The position numbers were made by a program, and so were the translations under genes. DNA of 64,000 nucleotides from Octopus sinensis (Eukaryota). The DNA is taken from contig NW_021835998.1 of assembly GCF_006345805.1 (NCBI RefSeq), positions 147,410-211,409 on the forward strand, given 5' to 3'. The notes under the pieces are model-generated. The model was not told the DNA's origin and did not search any database. It saw only the letters and a list, made by a program, of their open reading frames with translations. Shown here in pieces: positions 49,673 through 61,424 of this stretch. Each line of letters begins with the position of its first letter. Positions within the stretch are counted from its first letter, which is position 1.

Positions 49673-50047
49673 GACAGGTTTTGGTGAAAAATTTGCTAGT
49701 TTTCGGTAGTCTAAAGATAAAGGAACTACTGCGATTTCACAAAATAAGGTAATTTGAATTTGTTGTTTAAAGACTCAGTCAATAGTCTCTTACAAGCCAT
49801 TGAGGAAATGGCTAAAGTCAAGAATTTGTGTTATGCAAAAGAAGTAAATAAAAACTGTTTCGGGATTCTTTTTTTTACTAATAATATATTTAAAAAATAT
49901 TAGTAATAAGATATATTTTCTTACTATTGTAATAATAAATTACGCGTCAATGCTGAAATTTTTTTTAATTTTCTAATTTTATTAAGCCGAAACGTCCCAA
50001 ATCGACTATAAATACAGTCGATATTATTTACACGTTAACGATCAAAT

Positions 50048-50574
50048 ATGTCTAAAGATAAACAAAAATGTACCTGCATGAGAATTCCATGTCGATGTAA
50101 AACCGATGGGAGGTCAGACATTCACTGGAGTAGCAAGAATGAGACTCAAAGACGAAGAAATGAACCAAGACAATCTCTGAGCAGAGAAAGGGACAATTCA
50201 AATACAATAAATGATGACTTCAGACGCGAACGTTGGAATAAAATTATAAATATCGAGAGACAAGTTATACGTGAATGGGATGATCCAAGAAGCAATTATA
50301 TAACACTACCAAACTGTATCATAACTGATGACTCGCACATACATTGTTTGATTTATTTAACCATTTTTTATCAGATGTCGTTAATAAAAAACGGACATAT
50401 ACAGCTTTTATGAAGAATTCGGAAATCCCAAAAGAGAGTGGCAACAAAAAACCAATTGCACTTCAAAACCAAAAAAAAGATCAAGAAAGATGCGACGGAG
50501 ATCACAAAAATGATAAAGAATATAAGAAAGATGACAAAAACGGTATTTTTAACGAAAATAAAATTATCTTTTAG
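50048..50574 (+). CDS. Orphan multicopy gene, ~165 aa, one 29-nt intron; function unknown
   Basis: TATAAA at ~50007; intron 50346-50374 joins the two listed ORFs in frame; paralog at 63000-64000. Confidence 0.45.
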
Positions 50575-50859
50575 AAGATCCTCCAGTCTTCAGTATAGAT
50601 TGGTTACTTAAAAAATAGCTTTTCTTATTTCTTGTTTTTTTAACTTTGTTGCTAGTTTTGTTTAACTAAGTTTAATTTAATCAATTACAAATATTTGTTG
50701 ATCTGATTTTCAAATAGTGACCTCATCCATGCAGGCACTCATTAAGTAGTTTAAAACTTTATACAAGTTTAATATTTTATTTACGACGGCAATTTATAAA
50801 ACGAACTCAGAAGAAACTCGAACTCTGAAGAAACCTAAACAGTTCACTCGCTCCCCGAC

Positions 50860-51660
50860 AGTATGTCAGTCGTGGCTCGTGTCAAACCCCCACAAACGGG
50901 GGATCCACTGCATCCTCTGTGATGCCCATTTCCACCTGAGCTGTGTATCTTTGTTTAAGGCGACTGCAAGTGCTTTGATACTCCTGGCATATCTATCCTC
51001 CATTTCGATGTGCAACAACTTGGCCTCGGAGATCTTACTCAAACCTCTCGAATCTTGCCTGGACGGTGCTTTGTCGGATGGGCTTGCTACCTGGGATTGC
51101 TCCTTTTCTGAGAGGCCTAGAGATTTCTCCTCTCAACTTACCTGGGACATTATCGCATGGCGAGCCCGTGTGTCTGAGCTCTCGACAACCCTTGACCAAC
51201 ACCGCCTGGTATGCCTTCGTGCCGCATCCGCCCCTCACTCTGGCAGCTGGCTGAATGCTCTCCCTCTCTCCAGTATCGAGATGTTGCTAGACGATGCTGC
51301 CATACGCTTCGGAGTCGCTCACCGACTCGGTCTGGATGTTTGCGCAAAACACCGCTGCAGATGCGGTGAGGCCGTTAGCGAAAAGGGACTGCACTCACTT
51401 TCCTGCAAGACGAGCGCAGGCAGAGAACACAGACACAAGGCCCTCAATGAAATCGTGAAGGCCGGTCTCGAATCGACGGGCCATTCGTGCCTCCTCGAAC
51501 CGGTCGGACTCGATCGGGGAGATGGCAAAAAGCCTGACGGGATGACAATAGCCTTCGTATGGGATGTTACCGTTGTGGATACCTTCTCAAAGCGAGGATC
51601 GATTCTTCCGCTGCGAACCCCATTTCGGCTGCAAACCACGCCGAAAGGATGAAACTACAA
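50860..51660 (+). mobile_element. Internally deleted CRE-like element with an N-terminal PHD-like finger
   Basis: GIHCILCDAHFHLSCVSL fused to AYLSS..HRCRCG..GDGKKPDG. Confidence 0.7.
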
Positions 51661-51843
51661 GATGAAACTATGCTCACTTCGAAGGCTCTAGACTTGGAAA
51701 AATTACTTAGTTAATTAGTTTCTTTTTTATCAATAAATGTTTGGGCCGAGAACCCCTGAGGTTTCGACTGAGACCGGCACGAAGTAGAACCGGTTTATGA
51801 GGAAAGAGTACCTTTTGAGCTTTCGAAAGGATGAAACTACCGA

Positions 51844-54800
51844 ATAAATATTTTAAATGATCGAAAATTTAAAAACATTAAAAAATAGTAAAGTTAGCGT
51901 CGGAAATACATTTAAGTTTGGCAATAAGAATAAGGCTAAAAACAGACTTTGGAATAGGGATTATTATTAGAACCAAGATCACCGTCCAAAACATAAAACT
52001 AATTAATCAGGTGATCCCGGCTTCTCTGAGGAGGGTCCTCAACTTTGCCCGGTGCTCCTCTCTAGTCCCGGCACAATTTCTGTGAGGGCGCGGTGGTGGG
52101 GTTTTAGGGCCTGTAGCCCCGAGGTTTCTTCCCAAGATTTCATTAAATGGGGCGATGAATAGATGTTCATTCGGTCCTTGCAGTGCTTTTCGAAAGCTTA
52201 CTTGAAATTTTTCGATTTTAACGCGGTTCGTTTCACCGATGAACCCTCCCCACGCCTCACAAGCATAACTAAGGGAGGGTTCGATGAATTGCCGGTATAT
52301 TGATTGGCGTGTGGAGAAGCTGATCCATTGTTTGCATTTTCGGAGAAACACTTTTAAGATGTTCAGTTTCTTCATGCAGCTAGTAGTAACATTTTCAACT
52401 TGTTAGGAGAAACACATATGACTATCGTAAGTCACGCCGAGGATTTTCTGGGATTTTTTAAAGGGAATTTCCATGTTGTTTAGATATAAGTTCACTGCCA
52501 TTTTACCAAGCTTCCTTGCTGAAGTCATAAACGTAGTGACAGGTTTTTCAGGACTCGTTGATAGTCGATTTATCGAGAGCCAACTTTCGAGATTGTGGAG
52601 GTAGTTCTGCAGTTTTGTACTTGTCGTGTTCACCTCACGGCTCCGGGTAGCAATTACAATGTCGTCAGCGTATGATAATACGATTGAGTCTTTGTCGTTT
52701 GGTAGCGGGAGATCTGATAAGAATAAGTTAATAGAGCTGATGAAAGGGGTGAGCCTTGAGGGACTCCGTTTGGAAAATATCGTGACATCGTCTTGTATTG
52801 TTGGATCCTGCCTCTTCGGCCGCTGAGGAAGTTAGCTAGCCACATTTTCAGCCTTAGGTGAATTCCACTAAGGTATATTTTCCTGGTCAGTATTTTTCTG
52901 GGAACGGAGTCAAAAGCCTTATGGATATCCACTGAGCACATAACCGTTTTTTGGTTATACGGTTTGGTAGATAGTCCATCTGAGATGAAATCGTCAAAGT
53001 GTCAAGGTGCGAGGTAGTTGATTTACCACATTTGAATCCATGTTGAAAGTCCAAATCCGGGAGATATTGTTTGATGTGGTTGAGTATAAGTTTTTCCAGA
53101 ACTTTGGAAAGGACGCAGAGGAGAGAAATTGGCCTGTAGGACGCCGGGTTGTCTTTTGGTCTCCCTGGTTTCAGAATAGGGCGAATGTGTGCCATTTTCC
53201 ATAATGTGGGTATTGCGTTGTTGTTTATAGAGAGGTTGTAAATTTGACAAAGAGCTGATATTGCCACCTGTCCTAGATTTTTCACTAGAATAGTAGGAAT
53301 TCCTTCAGGTCCACAAGAGCCAGTGCTTCTTAAATTTCTGATAGTCTGAGACACCTCCTCTTGAGTGAGGATTATCATGTCCCGACATCTTCGAGGTTTC
53401 AACCAGTTCAAGCATGGTCCATCATATTTCCTGTGGGGGATGTTGCTGATCCCAGCGTAGAACTTTATCAGTTTGTTGGTGAAGAGAGCCGCATTATGCT
53501 CACCCGATTTAAATCTCTCCGGGTTTGTGAATCTTCTTAGGGATGCCCATACTTTTGTTAGTGGGACCTCCGCATTTAATCCTCTGGCGAACTTTTCGGC
53601 CCTCCCGTACCGTTTGTCTTTTGCAGATTGTTCTATGACTTTATTCAGTAGTCTGATCCGATGCCGGTTATCTCTTGTAAGATGAGGGCAACCTTTCAAT
53701 GAGTTCCGTTCCTCGATTAGAGGTAGAAGAACCCTCGAAGGAAATTTTCTTACTGGTTTTAGATAAATTTTCCTCATTCTTAAGAATGATTTTCTTCCAA
53801 TCAAAATTGTTCGGTAGAAATGCTTGAGGGCGTTGTCGACCGAGTCGAAATCATGTACATCAAAGTTAACCAGTGCTTTGTCAATGGAATAGGCAAAATT
53901 GACCCAATCTGCGTACTTGTAGTCGTATTTTAGGTTGCGGAACCCCTTTCTAAGGGGCGATTTGACTTGGACTTTTATAATTAACGGATTGTGATCACTC
54001 CGTAAATCGTAGGTAACGCCCCATTTGACCAGAGGTGGGAGGTTGGAAGAACAAAGAATCAGATCGGAAGAGGTAAGCTTGTCCTTGGTGTTGTATGGAG
54101 TTCTTGTGTGCAGTGAGATGTTGTTCAGGATTACAAGATTGTCCAATTGCTCGAGGATAGACTTTCCTCGGGAGTCAGCGGTTTGTGACTTTAACCAATG
54201 CGGGTGTTTTGCATTCAAGTCCCCACAAATGATTAGATTATCGAGATTATCAAACGGGCGTATATCTGTGATAAATTTTTTCGCACACGATCCTGTTGGT
54301 GGGATGTACATATCGCAAATCAATATGTTTCCAACTGAGGTGGGGATAGTAATTGCAGAAAATTCCAGACTCGTGTTTTTGCTTCCTTTAGAGCTGAGCG
54401 AAGGGGAGATCTCCTGGTATTCTCCTGGTACCGGGATTAGATTCCACATCCCCACAGATAGTAAGAAGGGCAAAACGGGAAAGTGAGGTCGACAAAGAAG
54501 GCCGCCCCGGACTGACGATAGTCGCGGGAGGATGAGCGAATGATTCTTTTTTCATTAATCCAATAACTGGATTTTTGCGCCACCACAAAAGGCAAATCAC
54601 ACGACGCATGCTTTGGAATAGGGATAGGAATTAGTGTTAAAGTTAGGGATTCTTATTATCTTATAAATATTTTAAATGATCGAAAATCTAAAAACATTGA
54701 AAAATAGTAAAGTTAGGGTCGGAAATACATTTAAGGTTGGCAATAAGAATAGAGCTAAAAACAGACTTTGAAATAGGGATAGGAATTAGTGTTAAAGTTA

Positions 54801-55140
54801 GAGATCCTTATTATTGTATAAATATTTTAAATGATCGAAAATTTAAAAACATTGAAAAATAGTAAAGTTAGGGTCGGAAATACATTTAAGTTTGGCAATA
54901 AGAATAGGGCTAAGGACAGACATTGGGATAGAGATAGGAATTAGTGTTAGGGATCTGATTTCGGGTTGGATATGGCTCAGATATGGTCAGGGTTAGAGAC
55001 TGGCTAGAGTTAGGGAATAGAATAAGTTTAGAGATTTGATATGGTTAGAGATTAGTTTAGGAAGATTCTTGGTATAGTGTTTGGGATTTATTAGGTTATG
55101 AAATCATTGGTGTTAGCGTTAAGAATAGGATTTGTTTAAC
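51844..55140. repeat. 155-bp tandem repeat with GTTAGG/GTTAGA hexamers, split by a LINE (repeat parts 51844-51961 and 54611-55140)
   Basis: ATAAATATTTTAAATGATCGAAAA at 51844, 54663, 54818; the period is 155 bp once the LINE and one TSD copy are removed. Confidence 0.85.
51962..54610 (-). mobile_element. Ingi/Vingi-like LINE (2A-like peptide, partial APE, RT), frameshifted
   Basis: 15-bp TSD CTTTGGAATAGGGAT (51947-51961, 54611-54625); (TAA)n tail; GDVESNPG, GDLNAKH, SDHNP, YRPISLL, DIHKAFDSV, GVPQGS, YADD. Clade assignment is inference. Confidence 0.85.
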
Positions 55141-55182
55141 AAATAAATGACGTGCTAGTTACTGTGTGTTAGCGTGCCTTGC

Positions 55183-57915
55183 TTATCTAATTACCGAACA
55201 GTTAAACATGTTTTTATTTTTTTTAAATACGAAAAATTTTATCATCTTTTTTAATCTTTGAGAGTGTATCTTTATATGAAATCCTTCACTGTTATATATC
55301 ATGACAAAATTATTAGATAATTTTTCAATAATTTTCACAGGCGAAGAATATGAACTTTCAAATTTCTCTAGTCTGAGAGATGGATTTGTCCCATAATCCT
55401 TCAGAGTTCTTGCCTTTAGAAGTAAAAAAAATGATGTATAATTATCTCCTACTTCAAGATCGTACTTAGAACGATGAACATACATTCTTTTGTTCATTCT
55501 TATGAAATAACAAGAATCTAAATTTATCGGTACGAAATTAAAATCAAAAGATTTTTCTTGTTCCTCGTCTAGTATGATTTATAAATAAAACGTTACTTGG
55601 CAAATCTATTGATGCATTTTTCTCCAAAATTACTGTACCGACTTCTGGCTCTTCATTAGTATTTAAAACATCTGAAAACATCTTAAATTTTGAATCCAAC
55701 TATCGTCTCTGTTTTCACCAACTTGAGAATAATTAACGAATGGATTAAATCCAGGTATTCCACGATATCTCATAAATGGAGTTTCATCTATATTATACTT
55801 TTATTTATTGCACCTGTCGAAAAATGTTTTGTCAGATTATACACATAAACTTCTTTCCTGACATGCTTGATCCAACTTTTGTTTTGATCTTCAGAATCAG
55901 ATTGTTTGAGGGGTGTAGAAAAACAGCAAACGTCACATTTATATATATGCGCCCCTGAATAAGCACAAAAGAGTCCGCTTTCTTAATTAGACTTCGTTTG
56001 CGGAATCTGTTGTTTATCTGTGGAATCTTCCCTTCGAGGATTTTAATTCGTTATATTCAATCTGATCTTGAACGAAGGATCTTTGATTTGATTATGGCAT
56101 GGTTTCAACAAAACAAAAGTAAGCGTTAAACGAGATTAAAAATGTTATATGATTCTGGTACGCTGCTTAAATTAAATTAGATAGATTTTATATATTATAT
56201 ATATTGGAATATTATGTCGCGAGCCGAGCGCGCGACCGAGCGCTAGACGCGACTTTGACACCTGTCATACCTGTCATCCACCTGTCAGTCTAATTGCCGC
56301 GTACCATACTCACCCAGATAAAATATTATCCACGCTAGCATAATTTTGTCTACACTTTGTTATGTCGGGCCAGCGTTTGTTTGTAAAAGATCAAGATGAA
56401 TATAATTTCCTAAGATTATACTCAATAATGAGGAGGTCGATCTTTCCAAACATAAGAAGTATCGACTCAAAAAGAAAGCAGAAAATTTCCTAATTAAAGG
56501 GGAAACTATATCTTAAAGATGTAAACGGCCTACACAAGCTCGTAATTGCTTCACGAGCTTAGAAGAGATGAAATTAATTGCACGTGAGATTCATGAAGCT
56601 AATCATTGCGGACATAATGCTTTGGAAGCCTTATGTAGGCGAAGATTTTTTATTAGAGAGAGAGAGAGATCATTCGCCAAGTTGTTAAAGAATGCAATAT
56701 TTGCAAATTTTCAGTTCCACTAAAACAATATGATGATTCAACTCATATTGTTGCTGATTTACCTAATGAAAGATTTCAAGTAGATTTAATTGATCTTAAA
56801 CGGTATAAAATTAACTTATTTTGTAGATTTAAAAATGAAAACAATGATTTTTCTTGGTTAATGTCTGTAATAGAGTATATTCGAAATATGCGTTTACAAG
56901 GAATCTTAAAAATAAAAGTGGAGTAGAGGTGGCGAATAATCTGAATGATATTTTTATGGATTTTGGTCCCTGCAAGTTTCTCCAATCAGACAACGGAACA
57001 GAATTCAAAAATTCTCATGTGACAAAAGTATGTGAAGAGTTTTGTGTTCGACAAATACATGGAAGACCAAACAATCCCCAGAGTCAGGGAATTGTTGAAC
57101 GATTTAATCAGACGGTCACAAGGAGCCTTTCAAAATTATGAGGTTTGGGTGACACCAAAGAGTGGGTAAAAACACATAAGAAAGACTGTGTTTTGTACAA
57201 TCAAACACCTCATTCATCTACAGGTGAATTATTTGTCTTAAATTTTTGCAGGCGTTAGCCCCTTTGAGAGATATCGTGGAATTCCTGGATTCAATACTGT
57301 TTAGGAAATACTGATGTTGAGGCAGCTGAACTTCAATACACTCCCGAATTAACAGTAAATGTTTTAAATTCAACTAAAGATGAATTCGAATTCAACTTCC
57401 CAAAAGTTAACTTGGATTCTCCATATTATAAGAGAATGAACAGGAAGATGGGAGTGCATGTGTCTAAATATGAATTAAACATTGGAGACATTGTATTTAT
57501 TTTATAATTACTTAAAAGGTTCGCATTCAAAAGATTATGGGACAAATCCTTCCTTGAGATTAACCAGGTTTGAACATCCATACGGGGATCCATTCACTAT
57601 TGTTGCGAAATTGTCTAACAATTTTGTCAATGTGGAAAATAGTGATGGATCAGTAATGAAAGTTCATGCCAAACGACTTAAGAAGTTATAACAGTCAGAA
57701 ATAATAATTGTCCTGATCTAATCAATAAAATAAGTTATTTGACATGATTGACATTGAGTAAATTTGATTGGTCGCGTCTAGTGCTCGGTCGCGCGCTCGG
57801 CTCGCGACATATTATCTCAATTGTACTAACGTTATTTTGTATTTTTTATTGATTTTAGTAGCTAACAAAATCGATATGTGCGCGTCGTGTTCGCGTGCTC
57901 GCTGCGCTCGCGACA
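55183..57915 (-). mobile_element. Decayed Ginger-like element hosting a nested relative
   Basis: MNKRMYVHRSKYDLEVGD..KDYGTNPSLRL; N-terminus RSFVQDQIEYN near 56100; terminus CGCGACA-TAATA at 57915. Confidence 0.7.
56215..57809 (+). mobile_element. Full-length but mutated Ginger-like integrase transposon, 1595 bp
   Basis: ~39-bp TIR TGTCGCGAGCCGAGCGCGCGACCGAGC, TATTA duplicated; HEANH..CNIC, FQVDLID, QSDNG, GIVERFN; introns 56803-56826, 57224-57251, 57493-57518. Confidence 0.9.
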
Positions 57916-57984
57916 TAATATTTATGAATTATTTATGGCATGATTTAGTTTTGTTTTTTTGAAATGTTATTACATTCTAATTAG

Positions 57985-58596
57985 TTTACACGCATTGTCC
58001 TGTAGGAGGAGTGCTGGCCGATTTCCCCGCCACGTCCTCCTCAATGAAGTGGTGAAAAGGGCTTTGGATTCTGCGGGATTCCCATCGACCCTTGAACCTA
58101 TTGGGCTCTGCCGCAGTGACGGAAGCGTCCTGACGGGATGACTATATTCCCCTTTAGAGGAGGAAGGTCTCTTGTTTGGGATGTAACTTGCGTCGACTCC
58201 TTTTCAGATACTGTGCTCACAGGAACAGCCAGTACACCAGGCTACGCAGTGCGCTGGCAGAAGAAAGGAAGTTGACGAAGTACGCTGTGCTCCGAACGTC
58301 GTGAGTTTGTCCCCCTAGCCTTTGAGACCTCGGTGTGGTTGGAAAGAAGGTAGAAAATCTGTTACGGGTTGTGGGAGGAAGAATCTCACAGAATACAAAT
58401 GACCGGAGGGAGACGAGCTGGCTTTTCCAGCGCATCTCGGTTGCAATTCTTCGCGGAACTGCCTCTCTATCCGCAGTGCTTCGTCGTTGGACTAACCCTC
58501 AAGTTCACGACATTAATTCTCTATTAAATAATTTGACTGTTTTAAAATTATTTTCTGCTAATTAAATATTGTTCCCTACTAAAAAAAAAAAAAAAA
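57985..58596 (+). mobile_element. CRE-like 3' end with poly(A)
   Basis: [31 protein letters not shown], then an A run. Confidence 0.8.
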
Positions 58597-58899
58597 TTAG
58601 TTAAATAGATACCGGATTTGTCGTTTGGCAGTTTTATTTTTTGAATTTGGTTATTGATTTTTGATTTTTTCTGAGTATTATCACATGATCAATATTTCTT
58701 AACGATTTTGAATTATTTATTGGCTGGTTTACTTTAATTTTTCTCCTATCGTTATTTTATTACTTGCCTTTTTGCTTTCAAAAATTGGTAGCTCAGACTT
58801 TTTTAAGAATTAAAAAAAATTAACTGTTTTTTTAAAACGAAAACAAAAAACTCCGGGAAGAAAGAAGAGCTCGATCTGAGAACATTGCTAAAAAACGGC

Positions 58900-59500
58900 T
58901 AGGTCCCGGTCAAACGGATAGCTTGCGCGTTGCCGCGCATGATTGTAACCGAGATCCTTTGTCTCAGCCAAGAGGATTTGCGTGCATCAATATTTCTCCT
59001 ACCTATAAAGTGGCCGAAGTCTCTTAAGAATTAAAATTTTTGCGGGCCTAAGGCTCGGATGTCTCGAAAGCCAAAGGGACAAAGGAATGTTGGGCGGCGA
59101 GTTGTCTGTACTTCTTGGTTTTGGAGGCTACCGCCAAAACTGCGGCCGATCCAGGAGAAGATGTAGATGAGAGTATCGCGGATAAAGACCAGGTTTCTGT
59201 GCACGTAGCATCCCAGATCAAACATTTTCCATTTCAGAATGGGAAGGTTCTCATCCCATCAGGGCGTTCCCGTCCCCCCTGTCCAGACCGACTGGTTCAA
59301 GTACATTCTGGAAACCGACAGCATTGAGTGCTCTCAAAATGACGTCGTTGAGTGCCCCGTGACGAGGCAAGCGGCACGAGAGAGAATGTAGGCCTTATAT
59401 GAAAGGCCGAAGTATTTTGTCAGTTTTGTATCATCAGCCCTCTTAGCGGCGGATTTAGCCTCCAGAGTATACAAGTCTAGGTGTGAGGCAGAAAATGTAT
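58900..59500 (-). mobile_element. Degraded CRE-like endonuclease fragments
   Basis: [31 protein letters not shown]. Confidence 0.7.
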
Positions 59501-60336
59501 CCTAGCAGATTGTTCTAATTATTTACATTAAAATAAACGGTTTCTTCAATAACCTTCAAGTACCACGTCCTTTGTCGAAAGAGAGGAGACTAATATTTTA
59601 TAGAATAAATAAACTTAAAATTGGTCCTTTAGCATGCTTGTCGAGAGATTCACCTTATTTAATTGCCCTATTTGCCAAGTCTGATAATTCGAGTTTTGTG
59701 GAGGATTGCGCGGTAACTATTATTTTTGTTTGTGAAAACTATTTTTTTCATAATTAGAGATTTTGAATCATTGGGAAATATTGTTAAACCACGGTGCAAT
59801 GAAGGCACGATTGATTACTAAAATGTAATCTCTTTCGCCGTCAAAGCATTTCTTTTTACAGTGTTCATAAATGTTTGATTAGATTTTCGCTTATTTAATC
59901 AATCATTGAAACACTTGAATTTTTGAAACACTTGAATTTTTAAAACCATAGGTCCGAATAAGAATGTATCATTGGTGTAATCGATCCATTCTTGATGGAG
60001 ATGGATCTAAAGCGAGATAAAGCATCTTTCTAAGTTGGAAAAGGTAGAATATAGACATTTTGTCTACCTTTATAGGCTTTTGATGATTGAATCTTTCATC
60101 GCATTTCCTTTTTTGTGTAAATGATGTTCATTTTGCGTACTATTGAACTTTGACAAAAAATAAGTAACTCTAGCTTACAAAAGAGCAAATGAACAAAAAA
60201 AGTAATTGCAAATTAAAAAGGACAAAGAATTTTTTTATTTTGTTGAAACAAAAATAGGAAGCCAAAAGGAAAAGAAAGTAAAGAAAAGACAAAAAAGGGA
60301 AAGTAGGTGTTAGGTCTTTTTTCATTTTATAAGATA

Positions 60337-60632
60337 CTAGCCTCGGCAGTCGCTTCCTCACCGCGACCTAGCTCTGCGGAGGGCCTGTTTCATCAAACAC
60401 TATAAGTTTATGTAGATGTATAAAACTACCTGGTTTAATGTAACCCTATTCTATCGCCTGTTTGATAAACGATGTTTGTCGTCCGTCCTTCCTTGGCATA
60501 TATGAATAATTTTCTCTTCTGCCTACCCTCGAGCATCCCACATACAGGTCCATGTGAAAAGCACTCACTCTCTAAAATAAACCCAACTACCTTTAATGAC
60601 TGTCCCTGGGCCTTGTTTATTGTCATTGCAAA
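60337..60632 (-). mobile_element. Helitron 3' end (Pif1-like helicase C-terminus, hairpin, CTAG)
   Basis: FAMTINKAQGQSL..FSHG..TTNIVY; GTCGC..GCGAC hairpin ~10 nt before the terminal CTAG|T. Confidence 0.85.
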
Positions 60633-61004
60633 CTTTTTTTTCATTTTTTGTGGTTTATTTTTTTTTATATTAATTGTTTCATTTTTCCTTTGTAATTTCC
60701 TTTTTTTTTTTTTATTTTTTTTTGTTTTTTACTGGCGGAAATGGGGCAGGGGGGAGATGCGGCAGGCGGAAATGCGGCAGGCAAGAAAGCGACACACAAA
60801 AAAAGCGACACAACAAAAAGATTTAATTAATTACCTTATTAGCTGACCGTTTTTTCTTCAGCTTCGTTTTTCCTCCTTCGGTTATCTATTTAAAAAATTA
60901 TTTTTGAATAATAAAAAAGTTTAGGAAGAGGCATACGAAAATAAATTCTATCTTTACGAAAAACTCAAGTAAATAGTTAATATTTTTACGCAAACTTCTG
61001 ATTG

Positions 61005-61235
61005 CGCTGTCAATTGGTGGTAAATTGTGTTAATGGTTGTGCTAATGTGGTTTCAAACTATCAAAGTGTTTTTCAAAATCTGTTAATTGCACACTGTATT
61101 CAAGGTCGTGCGTCAATTGGTGGTAAATTGTGTTAATGATTGTGCTAATGTGGTTCAACTATCAAAGTGGTTTTTTCAAAATCTGTTATTGCACACTCTA
61201 TTCAAAGTTCGTGCAATCTGTGATTGCACATTCTG
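61005..61235. repeat. ~104-bp tandem duplication
   Basis: GTCAATTGGTGGTAAATTGTGTTAATG at ~61008 and ~61112. Confidence 0.8.
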
Positions 61236-61424
61236 TCAAAGTCAAATATGATAATAGCTTTAATTTTGATTCATGGTCGATAATGATATATGCATTTAAT
61301 TTTAAAGAGGAAAAACATAGGATGAATTGAATTTCTTTATCGCGAATAATTGGGAGTTCATCATTGTTAATATTCTCGCTGTCGTTTTCATCAAGGATAT
61401 TCTTAATACGTGAGATTTTTGCTT

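Noticed and set aside
51740-51840. Hammerhead ribozyme near CTGAGG..CGAA
   Set aside because: No CUGANGA/GAAA core with three supporting stems on either strand
54535-54610. HDV-like ribozyme at the LINE 5' end (as in L1Tc/ingi)
   Set aside because: Some helices can be drawn (TGCGTCG/TGGCGCA; AATCCA/TGGATT), but no convincing P1.1 or catalytic-C J4/2 strand; needs a covariance-model search
59520-60150. Possible decayed minus-strand gene
   Set aside because: Multiple stops and no recognisable motif
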